Assembly (NCBI GenBank): GCA_976226885.1
Contig: OZ320322.1
Coordinates: 34,968,001 to 35,032,000 of the forward strand
Direction of reading: 5' to 3'
Source of the DNA: Iphione sp. A-MEVVRFRX5
Lineage: Eukaryota
DNA: 64,000 nt
Translations under genes and position numbers: made by a program
The notes under the pieces: generated by a model
Database searches by the model: none
What the model was told of the DNA's origin: nothing
The model's input: only the letters and a program-made list of their open reading frames with translations
Part shown: in pieces, positions 63,114 to 64,000 of the stretch
Numbering within the stretch: position 1 is the stretch's first letter
Layout: every line of letters begins with the position of its first letter

Positions 63114-64000
63114 TTACTGTAAGGCAGTTACCAGTACCAACACACTTAGTCCGTGGCCGTGTTCGCGCTTTCCAGGATCGTGCGACAGAATTCTCCTGGT
63201 CGCCGAATCGGCCCAACCTCCTGCCTTCAGGATTGTATCCAGTGGCAGTCCCATTTGCAGGCCCTTGCTGGTAGAGGCCGATCTCGTACTGTGGGCCGTG
63301 AAGGTGTCCGTGTCTAGGCCACAGGACTTCAGGGTGTCCTTGGTATACTTGGCCAGCGTTGACCCCGTCACTGGGACCTTGTGGGAGTAGCCCACAAACA
63401 GTGCACCCTTGTGATTGAAAGCGTCTGTTGCAGCGATATACGTTGCGAGGTGGTCATAGACGCACAACGTCTTGTCCTCAAATGGGTGAAACGTCAAGGT
63501 GGGGTTCTCGAAATTCTGTCTCGAGTGCTTCAGACGTCCGGAGATCCTGATTGTGCAGGTGTCGTGGTCGAACCGGACGTCCTCTCTTTTTGCGACTTGG
63601 AGGGTCTGCACTCTCTGCCCGGAGGCCAGTAGGCATAGGGTCACCGTCTTCTTGGTGAGCCTCTCCAGGTTGAGAGTGTGCGCCTCACCCCATGTGGCCA
63701 GTCTCCTCAGCACTGGGCCTACGTCCCAGACATCTTTGAGTTTGGCCACAAAGGGTTTGGCTCGCCTGACTCCCCGCATAAACCTCGTGACATGCGGGTG
63801 CGAGCCAAAGGTGAGGTTACCCTCCAATATCACAAAACTGGAGAGTAGGCTGCGAGCTGCGTTGATGGTGGAGTAGGATAGGTCCTCCTCAACGAGCCCT
63901 TCCAAGAACTCTAAGGCATGCAGGAGGCCGGGAGCCCTTGAGTCCACTCCGTTGGCCGTGCAGAAGGCCTCGAAGCGGGTTAGCAGAGACAAGTACTGCT
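63114..64000 (-). mobile_element. DIRS1-like retrotransposon tyrosine recombinase (3' part of the element; runs off the window)
   Basis: LSYSTINAARSLLS; HPHVTRFMRG; VWDVGPVL; LTKKTVTLCLLASGQRVQTL; LKHSR; LCVY; FTAHSTRSASTS; ILKAGGW; the C-terminal Tyr segment appears deleted. Confidence 0.93.

Noticed and set aside
63381-63876. Plus-strand ORFs of 83 and 125 aa
   Set aside because: Antisense to the DIRS recombinase.
1-64000. CRISPR arrays, rRNA, tRNA, snoRNA genes
   Set aside because: No repeat-spacer array, tRNA cloverleaf with A/B boxes, or convincing C/D or H/ACA structure was seen by eye; the sequence is eukaryotic. tRNAscan/Infernal would be needed to exclude divergent ones.

Overview
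Eukaryotic (invertebrate bilaterian-type) genomic DNA with two assembly gaps (24939-25101, 52103-52296). The left ~31 kb is a CpG-poor, transposon-dense zone. It holds a decayed Tigger/pogo transposase, several PIF/Harbinger-type and Tc1/pogo-type MITEs (some nested), a decayed piggyBac transposase with a spliceable intron, a Penelope GIY-YIG remnant, a 5'-truncated L1/Tx1 LINE and a solo LTR. Embedded in it is a three-exon gene for an eight-cysteine (MIP/octinsulin-type) insulin-like peptide with a C-terminal extension. The right ~33 kb is the + strand PPIP5K/VIP1 gene (InsP6/PP-InsP5 kinase plus histidine-phosphatase domain). I traced it by hand through 27 phase-consistent exons, including a GC-AG intron and a 9-nt microexon; it probably continues beyond the window. 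The window ends in the 3' end of a DIRS-like tyrosine-recombinase retroelement with a 72-bp inverted repeat that has an asymmetric 3-nt core. All calls are from manual reading and recalled family motifs; no searches were run.
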